Below are positions 1 through 9,318 of a stretch of 32,000 bases of DNA, in pieces; position 1 is the first letter of the stretch, and the number at the start of each line of letters is the position of its first letter. The translations under genes were made by a program, and so were the position numbers. A model generated the notes under the pieces. That model did no database searches, was not told the DNA's origin, and was given only the letters and a program-made list of their open reading frames with translations. The stretch comes from Shewanella chilikensis (GTDB taxonomy: Bacteria > Pseudomonadota > Gammaproteobacteria > Enterobacterales > Shewanellaceae). The stretch covers positions 7,180 through 39,179 of the forward strand of contig NZ_NIJM01000032.1 in the NCBI RefSeq assembly GCF_002836945.1, given 5' to 3'.

Positions 1-735
1 TATATTCTCAGCATGGGGATGGGACTACCACTGCTGCTGATAGGCACCTCGGGCGGTAAGTTGCTGCCGCGCGCCGGCACCTGGATGAACATAATCAAGC
101 ATGTGTTCGGCTTCCTGCTGGTGGCCGTGTCCATCATAATGCTGGGCCGTATCTGGCCTGGATTGGTGTCGGATCTCATGTGGTCTGTGTGGGCCATCGT
201 CTTTGTCGGCTACCTGATGCACCAGAACAAGCTGAGCCAGTTCAACTGGAAACAGACAGTGCGCAGCGTGCTCCTGACCCTGCTGTTGCTGTCGAGCTTC
301 TCCTATGGCTTCCAGGCGGTTATGAGCGCCATGGGCTACCACTTCATGGGGCAGCAGCAAGCCGAGCATCATACCTTCAAACGGATCAAGTCGCTTGAAG
401 ACTTCAAGAGCGAACTGGCGGATGCCAAGGCCGCCGGCAAGCCGGTGATGTTGGATCTCTATGCCGATTGGTGTGTGGCCTGTAAGGAGTTTGAGCAGAT
501 CACCTTCAAGAATGCCGAGGTTAAACAGCGGATGGAACAGATGGTGCTGCTGCAGGCCGATGTGACCGCCATGGATGAAACCGATGTCGCCCTGCTGGAA
601 GCCTACGATGTGCTGGGGCTGCCGACACTGCTGTTTATCGATGAGCAGGGCCAGCTGAAAAATGAGCTGAGAGTGACAGGTTTCATGGCCCCGAAAGAGT
701 TTGCCGCCCACCTGGACATACTGCTCGAAAATTAG
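1..735 (+). CDS. dsbD: Thiol:disulfide interchange protein DsbD, C-terminal part (5' end outside window)
   Basis: Frame 1 is open from base 1. The product has hydrophobic TM segments followed by a thioredoxin-like domain with a WCVAC (CxxC) motif in DLYADWCVACKEFE. The stop is at 733-735. Confidence 0.85.
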   Translation, partial: YILSMGMGLPLLLIGTSGGKLLPRAGTWMNIIKHVFGFLLVAVSIIMLGRIWPGLVSDLMWSVWAIVFVGYLMHQNKLSQFNWKQTVRSVLLTLLLLSSFSYGFQAVMSAMGYHFMGQQQAEHHTFKRIKSLEDFKSELADAKAAGKPVMLDLYADWCVACKEFEQITFKNAEVKQRMEQMVLLQADVTAMDETDVALLEAYDVLGLPTLLFIDEQGQLKNELRVTGFMAPKEFAAHLDILLEN

Positions 736-851
736 TGTTCAGGGACCTTGGCAAAGGATCTAGGCTCTTTACTAAGGAGCACTAGTCTGTAGGCCCACCC
801 GAAGCAGATATGGGACTTGCAGACACCTTACTTAAGCACCAATACTTTTGG

Positions 852-888
852 AAAAGCGAACTTATCAGCAGATAAGTTCGCTTTTTTA
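852..888 (+). terminator. Rho-independent terminator downstream of dsbD
   Basis: 12-bp perfect stem AGCGAACTTATC / GATAAGTTCGCT with a 4-nt loop AGCA, followed by a TTTTTT run. Confidence 0.7.
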
Positions 889-955
889 TTTAAATTTAAT
901 GCTCTTCTTATAGAATACCCTTCAAATAGCCATCATTTTTCCCGAAAGAATAAAA

Positions 956-2575
956 ATGGAACCAGCAATTCTTGTTATTACCTTGGCCTGCGGCATGCTG
1001 GTCAACCGCATCAATTTACCACCGCTTATCGGCTATCTGGCTGCCGGCTTTGTGCTCTATACCTTGGGAGTAGACAATGACAGCCTGCCAATGCTTAACG
1101 AACTGGCCAACTTAGGGGTTACCCTGCTGCTGTTTGCCATAGGCCTCAAGCTGGATATCCGTAGCCTGTTCAAGGCCGAAGTCTGGGCCGGCTCCAGCCT
1201 GCACCTGATGTTATCCATGGTGATCTTTGTCCCTATTCTCAAACTGCTGGGGCTGGTTGGCCTGGTGCAATTGACCAATCTTACGGTCGAACAGCTGACC
1301 CTGCTGGCCTTTGCCCTGAGCTTTTCCAGTACTGTGTTTGCGGTCAAGGTGTTGGAAGACAAGGGCGATATGCAATCCCTCTACGGCCGGGTCGCTATAG
1401 GTATTCTGATTATGCAGGATATCTTTGCGGTATTGTTCCTGACCATTTCCAAGGGCGAGTTTCCCTCGATATGGGCGCTGGCACTTCTGTTACTACCGTT
1501 AGCCAAACCCTTGATATACAGAGCCTTTGATAAGGTCGGCCACGGTGAACTCCTGGTACTCTTCGGCTTGGTGATGGCTTTGGTGGTCGGCGCCTGGCTG
1601 TTTGAGTCTGTGGGGCTAAAACCGGATCTTGGCGCGCTGATCATAGGCATACTGCTGGCAGGACACAAAAAGGCATCCGAACTGGCCAAGTCACTGTTCT
1701 ACTTTAAAGAACTGTTTCTGGTGGCCTTCTTCCTCACCATAGGTCTCAACGGTCTGCCGAGCGTGACAGATATTATGCTGGCTGTATTGCTGGTGACGCT
1801 GATCCCGCTGAAAATCCTGTTGTTTGTCTATATCCTCACCCGCTTCAAGTTGCGCTCGCGCACCTCTATGCTGGGCTCATTCAACCTGGGTAACTTCAGT
1901 GAGTTTGGCCTGATTGTGGCTGCGGTGGCCACCAGCAAAGGCTGGCTACCCTCTCAGTGGCTGGTGATCATTGCCGTGGCACTGAGCTTCAGTTTTGTAT
2001 TGGCGGCACCACTCAACGCCATGGTGGGCAACATCTACCAGAAGTACCAGCAGAAGCTGGTGAAGCTCGAAAAGCACCCGCTGCACCCGGAAGACAGGCA
2101 GATCCCCGTGGGCAATCCGCGCTTCCTTATTCTGGGGATGGGGCGCATAGGCTCAGGTGCCTATGATGAGCTTAAGGCCAGATTCGATGGCGAGATTCTG
2201 GGTATTGAACACAAACAGGAGTTGGTGGATTTCCACCGCGAGCAAGGGCGTAACGTAGTGCAAGGTGATGCCTCGGATACCGACTTCTGGGAAAAACTCG
2301 ACCGAGCTCCAGGGCTTGAGCTGGTGCTGCTGGCGATGCCGTATCATGCGGGTAACATGTTTGCGGTTGAGCAACTCAAGAAACTGAATTACCAAGGCAA
2401 AATCAGCGCCATAGTGCAATATGGTGATGAAGGTGTGGCGCTGCGTGAATCCGGCGTACACAGTGTTTACAACCTCTATGAAGCCGCCGGTGCCGGTTTC
2501 GTCGAGCATGTGGTCTGTGAACTGCTGGCGGCCGAAACCGTCAAGGAAGCCGACGCCAAGAAAGCGGTTTCCTGA
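956..2575 (+). CDS. CPA2-family monovalent cation:proton antiporter (Kef/YbaL-like) with C-terminal RCK/TrkA-N domain
   Basis: 539-aa ORF. About 390 aa form a polytopic membrane domain, followed by a Rossmann-type ILGMGRIGSGAY (GxGxxG) soluble domain. This is the typical YbaL/KefB architecture. Confidence 0.8.
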   Translation: MEPAILVITLACGMLVNRINLPPLIGYLAAGFVLYTLGVDNDSLPMLNELANLGVTLLLFAIGLKLDIRSLFKAEVWAGSSLHLMLSMVIFVPILKLLGLVGLVQLTNLTVEQLTLLAFALSFSSTVFAVKVLEDKGDMQSLYGRVAIGILIMQDIFAVLFLTISKGEFPSIWALALLLLPLAKPLIYRAFDKVGHGELLVLFGLVMALVVGAWLFESVGLKPDLGALIIGILLAGHKKASELAKSLFYFKELFLVAFFLTIGLNGLPSVTDIMLAVLLVTLIPLKILLFVYILTRFKLRSRTSMLGSFNLGNFSEFGLIVAAVATSKGWLPSQWLVIIAVALSFSFVLAAPLNAMVGNIYQKYQQKLVKLEKHPLHPEDRQIPVGNPRFLILGMGRIGSGAYDELKARFDGEILGIEHKQELVDFHREQGRNVVQGDASDTDFWEKLDRAPGLELVLLAMPYHAGNMFAVEQLKKLNYQGKISAIVQYGDEGVALRESGVHSVYNLYEAAGAGFVEHVVCELLAAETVKEADAKKAVS

Positions 2576-2620
2576 TACTCGGCGCAAGCGACAAGCGCCA
2601 CTTATCAGTACCGGCTTTCA

Positions 2621-2657
2621 GCCTCACCCTGTCCACTCACGGCGGGTGAGGCTTTTT
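2621..2657 (+). terminator. Rho-independent terminator after the antiporter gene
   Basis: Stem GCCTCACCC / GGGTGAGGC followed by TTTTT. Confidence 0.65.
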
Positions 2658-2807
2658 CCTTTCATCTTTCCGAATACCCCCAATCCCCCCTGGAATGCAA
2701 CCGGGATAAAAATCTCACTTACACCTCAGTGACAGAAATGATATAACAACAAAAAAGCAGTCATTTATGTTGCTGTTCGAGCGTTTTTTTGCGGAATCCA
2801 TAAGAGC

Positions 2808-3959
2808 ATGTCGAATCCTGCCCCCAGCGTTACAAAACTCTTTGTCAAAACCTTCGGCACCAAGCCCGATGCCCTGTATCAGGCCCCCGGACGGGTCAAC
2901 CTTATCGGGGAACACACAGACTATAACGAAGGTCTGGTGCTGCCGGCGGCAATCAACTTTCACACAGTGATCGCGGTCAAGCGCCGTGACGACGACAAGT
3001 TCCGCGCCGTATCAGGTGCCTTTCCCGGCATTTTTGAATGGCACTATGGCGATGAAGGCAGCATGAACGAGGATGAGGGCTGGGTCAGCTACCTCAAGGG
3101 CTTTACCTCGGCCATGGCCCAAAGTGGTCTGCCGGCTCGTGGCCTGGACCTGGCAGTGATCGGCAATGTGCCCGCCAACGCCGGATTGGCCTCGTCGGCC
3201 TCGCTGGAAATCGCCTTCGGCACCGCCATCAATGACACCAGTCAACTGCACTTGTCGCCACTGGCCATAGCACAACTGGCACAGCGGGGTGAAAACCACT
3301 ATGTCGGCCATAGCTGCGGCATTATGGATCAGATCACCTGTGCCATGGCCGAAGCCGGTGCAGCGCTGCTGATCGATTGCCTGGATCTGGACTGCGAAAG
3401 CGTGCCCTTCCCCGAGGATATCAGTCTGCTGATCATCAATTCCGGCCTACCCTCCATCGCTCACAACAAAGAGTTTGGCGAGCGCCGCTTGCATTGCGAA
3501 CAGGTGGCCGGACATTTCGGATTGGATACCCTGCGCCACTTGTCGCTCAGGGCGCTGCAAAGCGCCGAGGATGAACTGGACCCGGTTGCCTTTCGCCGCG
3601 CCCGCCATGTGATCAGTGAAAACCAACGCACCCAGAGCGCCTGTCGCGCCCTGGAGCAGGGCGATATCGCCAGGCTCAGCAAACTGATGGCCGAATCGCA
3701 CCGCTCGATGCGCGATGACTTTGAAATCAGCCATCCGGCAATTGATACCCTGGTGGAATTGATAACCGAAGTCGTCGGCGAACGCGGTGGAGTACGAATG
3801 ACAGGCAAGGGCTTTGGCGGCTGCGTCATCGCCCTGGTGGAACATGAGTTGACCGACAAGGTGATCGCCGCCGTCGAACAGCAATATCCGGCCAAAACCG
3901 AGCTGGAGGTCAGTGTGTACCTGTGCAGCCCCAGCGACGGAGCCAGCCGCCTGGACTGA
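2808..3959 (+). CDS. galK: Galactokinase
   Basis: Galactokinase signature GRVNLIGEHTDYN near the N-terminus and the GHMP kinase motif PANAGLASSASLE. Length 383 aa. Confidence 0.9.
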   Translation: MSNPAPSVTKLFVKTFGTKPDALYQAPGRVNLIGEHTDYNEGLVLPAAINFHTVIAVKRRDDDKFRAVSGAFPGIFEWHYGDEGSMNEDEGWVSYLKGFTSAMAQSGLPARGLDLAVIGNVPANAGLASSASLEIAFGTAINDTSQLHLSPLAIAQLAQRGENHYVGHSCGIMDQITCAMAEAGAALLIDCLDLDCESVPFPEDISLLIINSGLPSIAHNKEFGERRLHCEQVAGHFGLDTLRHLSLRALQSAEDELDPVAFRRARHVISENQRTQSACRALEQGDIARLSKLMAESHRSMRDDFEISHPAIDTLVELITEVVGERGGVRMTGKGFGGCVIALVEHELTDKVIAAVEQQYPAKTELEVSVYLCSPSDGASRLD

Positions 3960-3991
3960 GTTGTAGCCCTAAAGCCAAAAGGAAGTAGCAG

Positions 3992-5023
3992 ATGATACGT
4001 TTCAGCGCGCTCGACAATTGGGAAGATCCCCGCGGCGGACAGATAGAAAGACTCAGAATCGATAACGGCATTCTGGCACTGGAAGTGCTCAGTCTCGGTG
4101 GCATTATTCGCTCACTGTGGGCACCGGATCGCCACGGTGAACGAACCAATATCGTGCTTGGCTGTGACTCTGCGGCCGATTATCTGGCTCAGGACGCCTG
4201 TTTGGGCGCCGCTGTAGGGCGTTACGCCAATCGCATCAAGCAAGGTCAAATCAACTACCGCGGCAAGACTTTTTCTCTGGATAAGAACTTCAACGGCCAC
4301 TGTCTGCACGGCGGCCGCGAAGGCTTTCATCGGCGCCAGTGGCAACTGGGCACATTGCCGGACGGGGTGCGCCTTAGCCTGATAAGCCCGGATGGCGACA
4401 TGGGCTTTCCCGGAGAATGCCGGGTACAACTGGACTATCGCCTGGCGGGCAACAACCTGTTTGTGGAGTTTATGGCCTCAAGCAGCCAAGACTGCCCGGT
4501 GAGCCTGACCCAGCATAGCTATTTCAACCTCGATGGCCGGGCAGATATCAGTGAGCACCAGTTGCAACTCGATAGCAACAAAGCCCTGGCAACCGACTCT
4601 GAAGGCATTCCCAGCGGTATAATCGATACCCAAGGCGGCATATTGGATCTCAGTCAGGGCAAGGCACTCAAGATGCTGCTTGGACAGCCGGAACTGGCCG
4701 GCGGCCAAGGGCTGGATCACTGCTTTATCAGCCGGCAACAGAAAGATGAGCTCTGGCGTGTGGGCCGTTTGAGCGCGCCGCTATCCGGTCGCGGCCTGAC
4801 ACTGTATACCAATCAACCCGGAGTGCAGCTTTACACAGGCGCCGGGCTCGAAGGCGTCAAGGGTCGTAAGGGCCAGGCGATGAAGGCCTGGCAAGGGGTC
4901 TGTCTCGAGCCACAAATGCTGCCGGACGGCGCCAATCAGCCACAGCTGCACGGCGATCCCTGGATAACGCCCGGACAAATCTATCATCATTTGAGCCGCT
5001 ACGAGTTCGACACCCAGGCATGA
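3992..5023 (+). CDS. galM: Aldose 1-epimerase (galactose mutarotase)
   Basis: 343-aa ORF directly after galK with an AAGGAAG Shine-Dalgarno. Mutarotase-like stretches are present ([25 protein letters not shown]). Confidence 0.8.
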   Translation: MIRFSALDNWEDPRGGQIERLRIDNGILALEVLSLGGIIRSLWAPDRHGERTNIVLGCDSAADYLAQDACLGAAVGRYANRIKQGQINYRGKTFSLDKNFNGHCLHGGREGFHRRQWQLGTLPDGVRLSLISPDGDMGFPGECRVQLDYRLAGNNLFVEFMASSSQDCPVSLTQHSYFNLDGRADISEHQLQLDSNKALATDSEGIPSGIIDTQGGILDLSQGKALKMLLGQPELAGGQGLDHCFISRQQKDELWRVGRLSAPLSGRGLTLYTNQPGVQLYTGAGLEGVKGRKGQAMKAWQGVCLEPQMLPDGANQPQLHGDPWITPGQIYHHLSRYEFDTQA

Positions 5024-5418
5024 CCAAACTCTATTTCAACGCCGAGGATCTCGGCCAGATCAGCATAGGCGCCTTTGCCTTGTCCGTGCCCATCTCCTTT
5101 TCCGAGGAAGCCTGGATGCTGGCGGCCAATCTGCCGGTGCTGAATCTGGTACTGGTGGTGGTATTAAGCCTGAGCTTTATCGCCCTGTTTGCCTATCAGA
5201 GTGTGTTTCAGGCCAATATCAAGGCCAGGGTGTGGGGATTTTGGCTGCGGATCCTGCTGGCTTATGCCCTGACCTTGCTGGTGGTGAGTGTCGTCTTACT
5301 GGCCCTGGATAAATGGCCATTATTGAGCGATCCCTTACTGGCGCTGAAGCGCACCCTGCTGATCGCCATGCCTGCCTCTATGGGCGCCATCATAGTCGAT
5401 AGCTTCGATAAAGAATAA
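5020..5418 (+). CDS. Small integral membrane protein, family not recognised
   Basis: 132-aa ORF with about 3-4 hydrophobic helices. Its ATG overlaps the galM TGA (ATGA at 5020-5023), which suggests translational coupling. Confidence 0.6.
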   Translation: MTKLYFNAEDLGQISIGAFALSVPISFSEEAWMLAANLPVLNLVLVVVLSLSFIALFAYQSVFQANIKARVWGFWLRILLAYALTLLVVSVVLLALDKWPLLSDPLLALKRTLLIAMPASMGAIIVDSFDKE

Positions 5419-5513
5419 TCGGCTATCCAATAGCTAATGTCAGTATTCGACTGTCCGGTATACCCGGGCCACCGCTTCAGTAAACTGAAGACGGACGGCC
5501 GGGCAGAAGGATA

Positions 5514-5918
5514 TCAGTCGTCGAAGCTGTCATCCCAATCGTCATCGAAATCATCACCCATGTTGTCGGTTTCAACCTCGACCTCAGGTTCCGGCTTGGG
5601 CTTACGCGCCGGAGCGCTGTCTTTGACGTTGTTCAGATTGACTCTGGCCTGCTGCTTTTGCATAAACTCGCTGCGGACCGCTTTGAACGCACTACCGAAC
5701 TCACGCTCGGCAGCCTTGGCTTCATCCTCACCCAGCTCATGCAAGTTGGGTTTAACTATATCTTCCACATATTCAATAATCGCATTGCGCTGAGAGTTGA
5801 ACAGGTAGATACGTCCAGGAGAGGCTTCGGGTAACTGATTGTCATGGACGACGATAGCATTGCCACGTGCGGTTCTGAGCTCGCCATACCAAACTTGTTT
5901 CTTTGCAGTGTTATACAT
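5514..5918 (-). CDS. Hypothetical soluble protein with a strongly acidic Asp/Trp/Phe C-terminal tail
   Basis: The ORF is open to 6044. I prefer the ATG at 5916-5918 (MYNTAKKQ...), which has AAGGG about 10 nt upstream. The C-terminus is ...DNMGDDFDDDWDDSFDD. I recognise no family motif. Confidence 0.55.
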   Translation of the reverse strand: MYNTAKKQVWYGELRTARGNAIVVHDNQLPEASPGRIYLFNSQRNAIIEYVEDIVKPNLHELGEDEAKAAEREFGSAFKAVRSEFMQKQQARVNLNNVKDSAPARKPKPEPEVEVETDNMGDDFDDDWDDSFDD

Positions 5919-6283
5919 ATATGCCAATACCCTTAAATCAACACATACACCAGAGAAGTTGCCAATAAGTCGCTGCGCTTTGTGCCTAGACTTGCTCACG
6001 CCTTCCCTAAAGTTTTTCGGCCAAAGAAGCGCACTACTGCTCACTTTGCCACAAATAGGTTTCCACCTTTGGAAGGTGGCGTTTTCAAGTGCGTATTCTT
6101 ACAGAATCTTTCCGAGAATCAATGCTGCAAACCGTGATTTTTCCAACTAAATAACGATTAATTTTTCATGACAGCACCCTAGAGTGCTCTCACAAAGGAC
6201 TTTAGCCGAAATTTCCACCAGGGCAAGTTGAATTTTGCACGCAAACGCCTTAAGGCTGCATGTTACAGCCAACCAGCAACAAT

Positions 6284-6315
6284 GAAGAAAAAGCTGCCGA
6301 AGGAATATTCAGCAG
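6284..6315 (-). terminator. Rho-independent terminator downstream of the quinone oxidoreductase gene
   Basis: On the minus strand, CTGCTGAA / TTCGGCAG forms an 8-bp stem (one G-U pair) with a 6-nt loop, followed by CTTTTTCTTC. Confidence 0.6.
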
Positions 6316-6343
6316 CCATAGGGAGTGGCGCGTCAGTAGCTAC

Positions 6344-7324
6344 TTACTTCAGTGTCAGCACCACCTTGCCCGAGTGATTGCCGGATTCCAACAAGTGATG
6401 TGCAGCAGCGCAATCTTGCAGCGAAAAACGGGCAAAGATATGGGGCTTCAGGGCACCTTCATTCAATAACGGCCAGACCTTGGCCTTGAGTTCGGCAGCA
6501 ATTGCCGCCTTGGCCGCGACGCTTTGAGGCCTTAAGGTTGAGCCGGTCCAAACAATGCGTTTGGCCATCAGGCGAAAGATATCCACTTCAGCCCTGGCTC
6601 CCCTTTGCATGGCAATAGACACCATGCGGCCATCACAGGCGAGTACCTTGAGGTTCTTGTTGGCAAAGTCGCCGCCAGCCATATCCAGCACCACTTCGAC
6701 CCCCTTGCCTTGGGTCCAGTCCAGTACAGGTTCAACAAAATCTTGTTGTCGATAATCGATCGCCAGCTCGGCTCCCAGTTGCCGACACCAGGCGCATTTC
6801 TCCGGGCTCCCGGAAGTCACCAGTACTCTGGCACCAAAAGCCTTGGCCAGGGCAATGGCGCTGCTGCCGATGCCGCCCGAACCGCCGTGAATGAGCACTG
6901 TCTCGCCTGGCTGTAACCTGGCTCGCATAAACAGATTGCCCCACACGGTAAAGAAGGTCTCGGGAATCGCAGCGGCCTCTTCCAAGCTCCAGCCCTTGGG
7001 CACAGGCAAGCAATGACCCGCCCAGGTAAGCACATACTCACTGTAACCACCACCCGGCACCAGGGCACAGACCGCTTGTCCGGTCTGCCATTGGTCTACG
7101 CCTTGCCCCAACGCGACTATCTCACCGGCTACTTCCAGTCCCAGCACGGGAGAAGCGTCTGCAGGGGGCGGATAGTTGCCCTTGCGCTGGGCCAAATCCG
7201 GACCATTGACACCGGCCGCAGCCACCTTGATCAACACCTGCCCCGGGCCGGGAGTAGGGATCTCGGCATCAGCCAAATAGAGCACTTCCGGTTGCCCTGG
7301 AGTATCAAAAATAACCTGTTTCAT
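6344..7324 (-). CDS. NAD(P)H:quinone oxidoreductase, medium-chain dehydrogenase/reductase (zeta-crystallin/PIG3-like) family
   Basis: 326 aa with an MDR fold pattern: an N-terminal GroES-like region (LIKVAAAGVNGPD..GLEVAGEI) and the nucleotide-binding motif VLIHGGSGGIGSSAI. Confidence 0.85.
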   Translation of the reverse strand: MKQVIFDTPGQPEVLYLADAEIPTPGPGQVLIKVAAAGVNGPDLAQRKGNYPPPADASPVLGLEVAGEIVALGQGVDQWQTGQAVCALVPGGGYSEYVLTWAGHCLPVPKGWSLEEAAAIPETFFTVWGNLFMRARLQPGETVLIHGGSGGIGSSAIALAKAFGARVLVTSGSPEKCAWCRQLGAELAIDYRQQDFVEPVLDWTQGKGVEVVLDMAGGDFANKNLKVLACDGRMVSIAMQRGARAEVDIFRLMAKRIVWTGSTLRPQSVAAKAAIAAELKAKVWPLLNEGALKPHIFARFSLQDCAAAHHLLESGNHSGKVVLTLK

Positions 7325-7504
7325 TACTGCTCCTTGATGTAGGGAAGAGCCGAACCACAGCTTATATTTGCCTTTAACTCGGTTCAGTGCAAATCTGGCA
7401 TAGAGTCATGGCGGCCATTGTCTCGCCGCGTTCGGCAATCTCAATATTTGAACAGTTATGATGCCCCAATACCAAGCCTCGCAACCGCCATACGTTAAAC
7501 CCGC

Positions 7505-7534
7505 ATAAAAAAACGCTGCAAAAGCAGCGTCTTT
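7505..7534 (-). terminator. Rho-independent terminator after yedF
   Basis: Minus strand: ACGCTGC TTTT GCAGCGT followed by a run of T (plus strand shows AAAAAAACGCTGCAAAAGCAGCGT). Confidence 0.7.
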
Positions 7535-7566
7535 GAACGATTGAAACAGCGGAAATTAATGTTAAT

Positions 7567-7800
7567 TCAGCGCTGGATCAGATAACGGATAGTCGGGCCG
7601 TTCTGTTCTATCTCCAGCACCTTGTAACCGTGGTTCTTGGCATCCAATGGAATATTGTTGATCGACTGTGGGCAGTCGCTGATCACTTCCAGAATTTCAC
7701 CGGGTTTGAGCTGGGGCATGGCCTCCAGGGTGGCAACGGCGGGATAAGGACAGGGTTCACCAACCATATCCAATTGGTAATCAGGAGTATATTGGCTCAT
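7567..7800 (-). CDS. yedF: TusA/SirA-like sulfur (selenium) carrier protein YedF
   Basis: 77 aa with the CPxP active-site motif (GEPCPYPAV) typical of the TusA/YedF family. Its ATG overlaps the yedE stop (TAATG). Confidence 0.8.
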   Translation of the reverse strand: MSQYTPDYQLDMVGEPCPYPAVATLEAMPQLKPGEILEVISDCPQSINNIPLDAKNHGYKVLEIEQNGPTIRYLIQR

Positions 7801-9014
7801 TACGCGGCCTCCGCAGTCAGTTGTGCATCCCGTTTGGCTTTACGGGCAAAGAATTGTTTTTCCCAGGCGAGCATGGCGACAAACGCCAGGCCCAGCATCA
7901 GGTAGGTGGCCAGCAAGCCGCCCTTGTCCCCCAAGCTGGAAAGCAGGTTGACCTTGTCCCAACTGGTGGCCAGTGGTTCGGCCAAGTCGTCCCAGTAGTA
8001 GGCCAAAATAGTGGAGCCAATGACGTTACCCAGGCCAACCCACCAGAAGTGCACCTGCCCTTCCACGGCGCGGTACATCCAACCGGTTTCGCAGCCACCG
8101 GCCAGCACTATACCGAAACCGAACAGCAAGCCACCGATAACCGCGTTGGGACCAGCCCACATGATCTTGGGTGAAACCCCTAGTTGCACATAGCTGTAAA
8201 TCCCTATGGCACTGACCGCCATACCTATGATGATCGCCTTGGCCATATGGGTACGGCCGGTGATCCACATGTCGCGAAATGCCGAGGTAAAGCAGATCTG
8301 TGCCCTTTCAATCAGCAGACCGAAACCGACACCGCAAAGCATGGCAATACCCAGCTTGGGTGCGTTGAACAGGGTCAGGAGTCCCCAACCGACTATGCCG
8401 ATAAACACCAGCATACCGATACGAAAACGCCTTCTGGCCTGGTTTTCATCCTGCTTGACCGAGCTGGCCTTGGTGACCTTCTTCAGCGCCACCGGAATGC
8501 GGAACATGGGCAGCAAGGTGAACCTGGCGCCAAAGTAAGAACCGGCGGCAGTGGCCAGCGCGAAGAACCAGGCATGCAGCGAGAACTGCGGAATACCGGT
8601 AAAGAAGGCCGCCAGGTTACAACCCATGGCCAAACGGGCGCCGAAGCCGGCAATGATGCCGCCAACCAGGGCCTGCATGATGCGCACCCGGCTCTGTGGC
8701 ATTCTGAGCTTGACGTTATTGGCCCATAGCGCCGCGGCGATACAGCCACCGAACATGCCGATAATCATCATGCCGTCGATACGATCCAGCGGCGTACCGG
8801 CCAGACCTATCACCTTGAAATAACCCCAGGTTTCCGGCTCGGCACCGAACATTTGCAGCAAGTGGCCACCCCAGCGAGTGAATTCGCCGGTCACGGCCCA
8901 GAAGGTACCGGTCAGACCAAAATAGTAAGTGGAAAGAATACCAGCAGCGATAACAGCCGGCATGGGAGCCCAAAAACGGACCAGATATTGTTGTTTAAAT
9001 TGTTGCCATGTCAT
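7800..9014 (-). CDS. yedE: YeeE/YedE family inner-membrane transporter (putative selenium/sulfur compound transport)
   Basis: 404-aa polytopic membrane protein with the two conserved Cys loops of the family (LAMGCNLAAFFTG and LAGGCETGWMYRA). It is coupled to yedF. Confidence 0.8.
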   Translation of the reverse strand: MTWQQFKQQYLVRFWAPMPAVIAAGILSTYYFGLTGTFWAVTGEFTRWGGHLLQMFGAEPETWGYFKVIGLAGTPLDRIDGMMIIGMFGGCIAAALWANNVKLRMPQSRVRIMQALVGGIIAGFGARLAMGCNLAAFFTGIPQFSLHAWFFALATAAGSYFGARFTLLPMFRIPVALKKVTKASSVKQDENQARRRFRIGMLVFIGIVGWGLLTLFNAPKLGIAMLCGVGFGLLIERAQICFTSAFRDMWITGRTHMAKAIIIGMAVSAIGIYSYVQLGVSPKIMWAGPNAVIGGLLFGFGIVLAGGCETGWMYRAVEGQVHFWWVGLGNVIGSTILAYYWDDLAEPLATSWDKVNLLSSLGDKGGLLATYLMLGLAFVAMLAWEKQFFARKAKRDAQLTAEAA

Positions 9015-9040
9015 GTCATTACCCTAATGAACGAGACCTT

Positions 9041-9066
9041 GCCAAAACGGACACTGGGTGTCCGTC
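9041..9066 (-). promoter_or_regulatory. Terminator-like hairpin in the yedE 5' leader (candidate attenuator)
   Basis: Minus strand: ACGGACAC CCA GTGTCCGT (8-bp stem, 3-nt loop) followed by TTTTGG. It ends about 30 nt upstream of the yedE ATG. Confidence 0.35.
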
Positions 9067-9318
9067 AACCATTTTGTAAGGTGCGAACAAACAGCCCACA
9101 GCAACTGACCTGTCGCACCTTATTTCATGCCTTTACGGCGATAAAACCGCTGGAGTGCAGCAAACGACGGCTGTCTGGCATCATCAAAGCACTAAAGACC
9201 GGCCGAAACTGGGTTCCGACCGGCCATAAACAGTGTTTAACAACGATGATGAGCAGACAGTAGGCGCTGTGCTAAAGAAAGGGCGAACAAGTCCCGCGAG
9301 GACTTTGTCTTTACTTAC

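Noticed and set aside
5419-5513. Possible bidirectional terminator between the convergent membrane-protein gene and the acidic-tail gene (CTTCAG TAAA CTGAAG hairpin, near-palindrome CCGGTATACCCGG).
   Set aside because: The stems are short (6 bp) and lack flanking T or A runs, so this is not strong enough to annotate.
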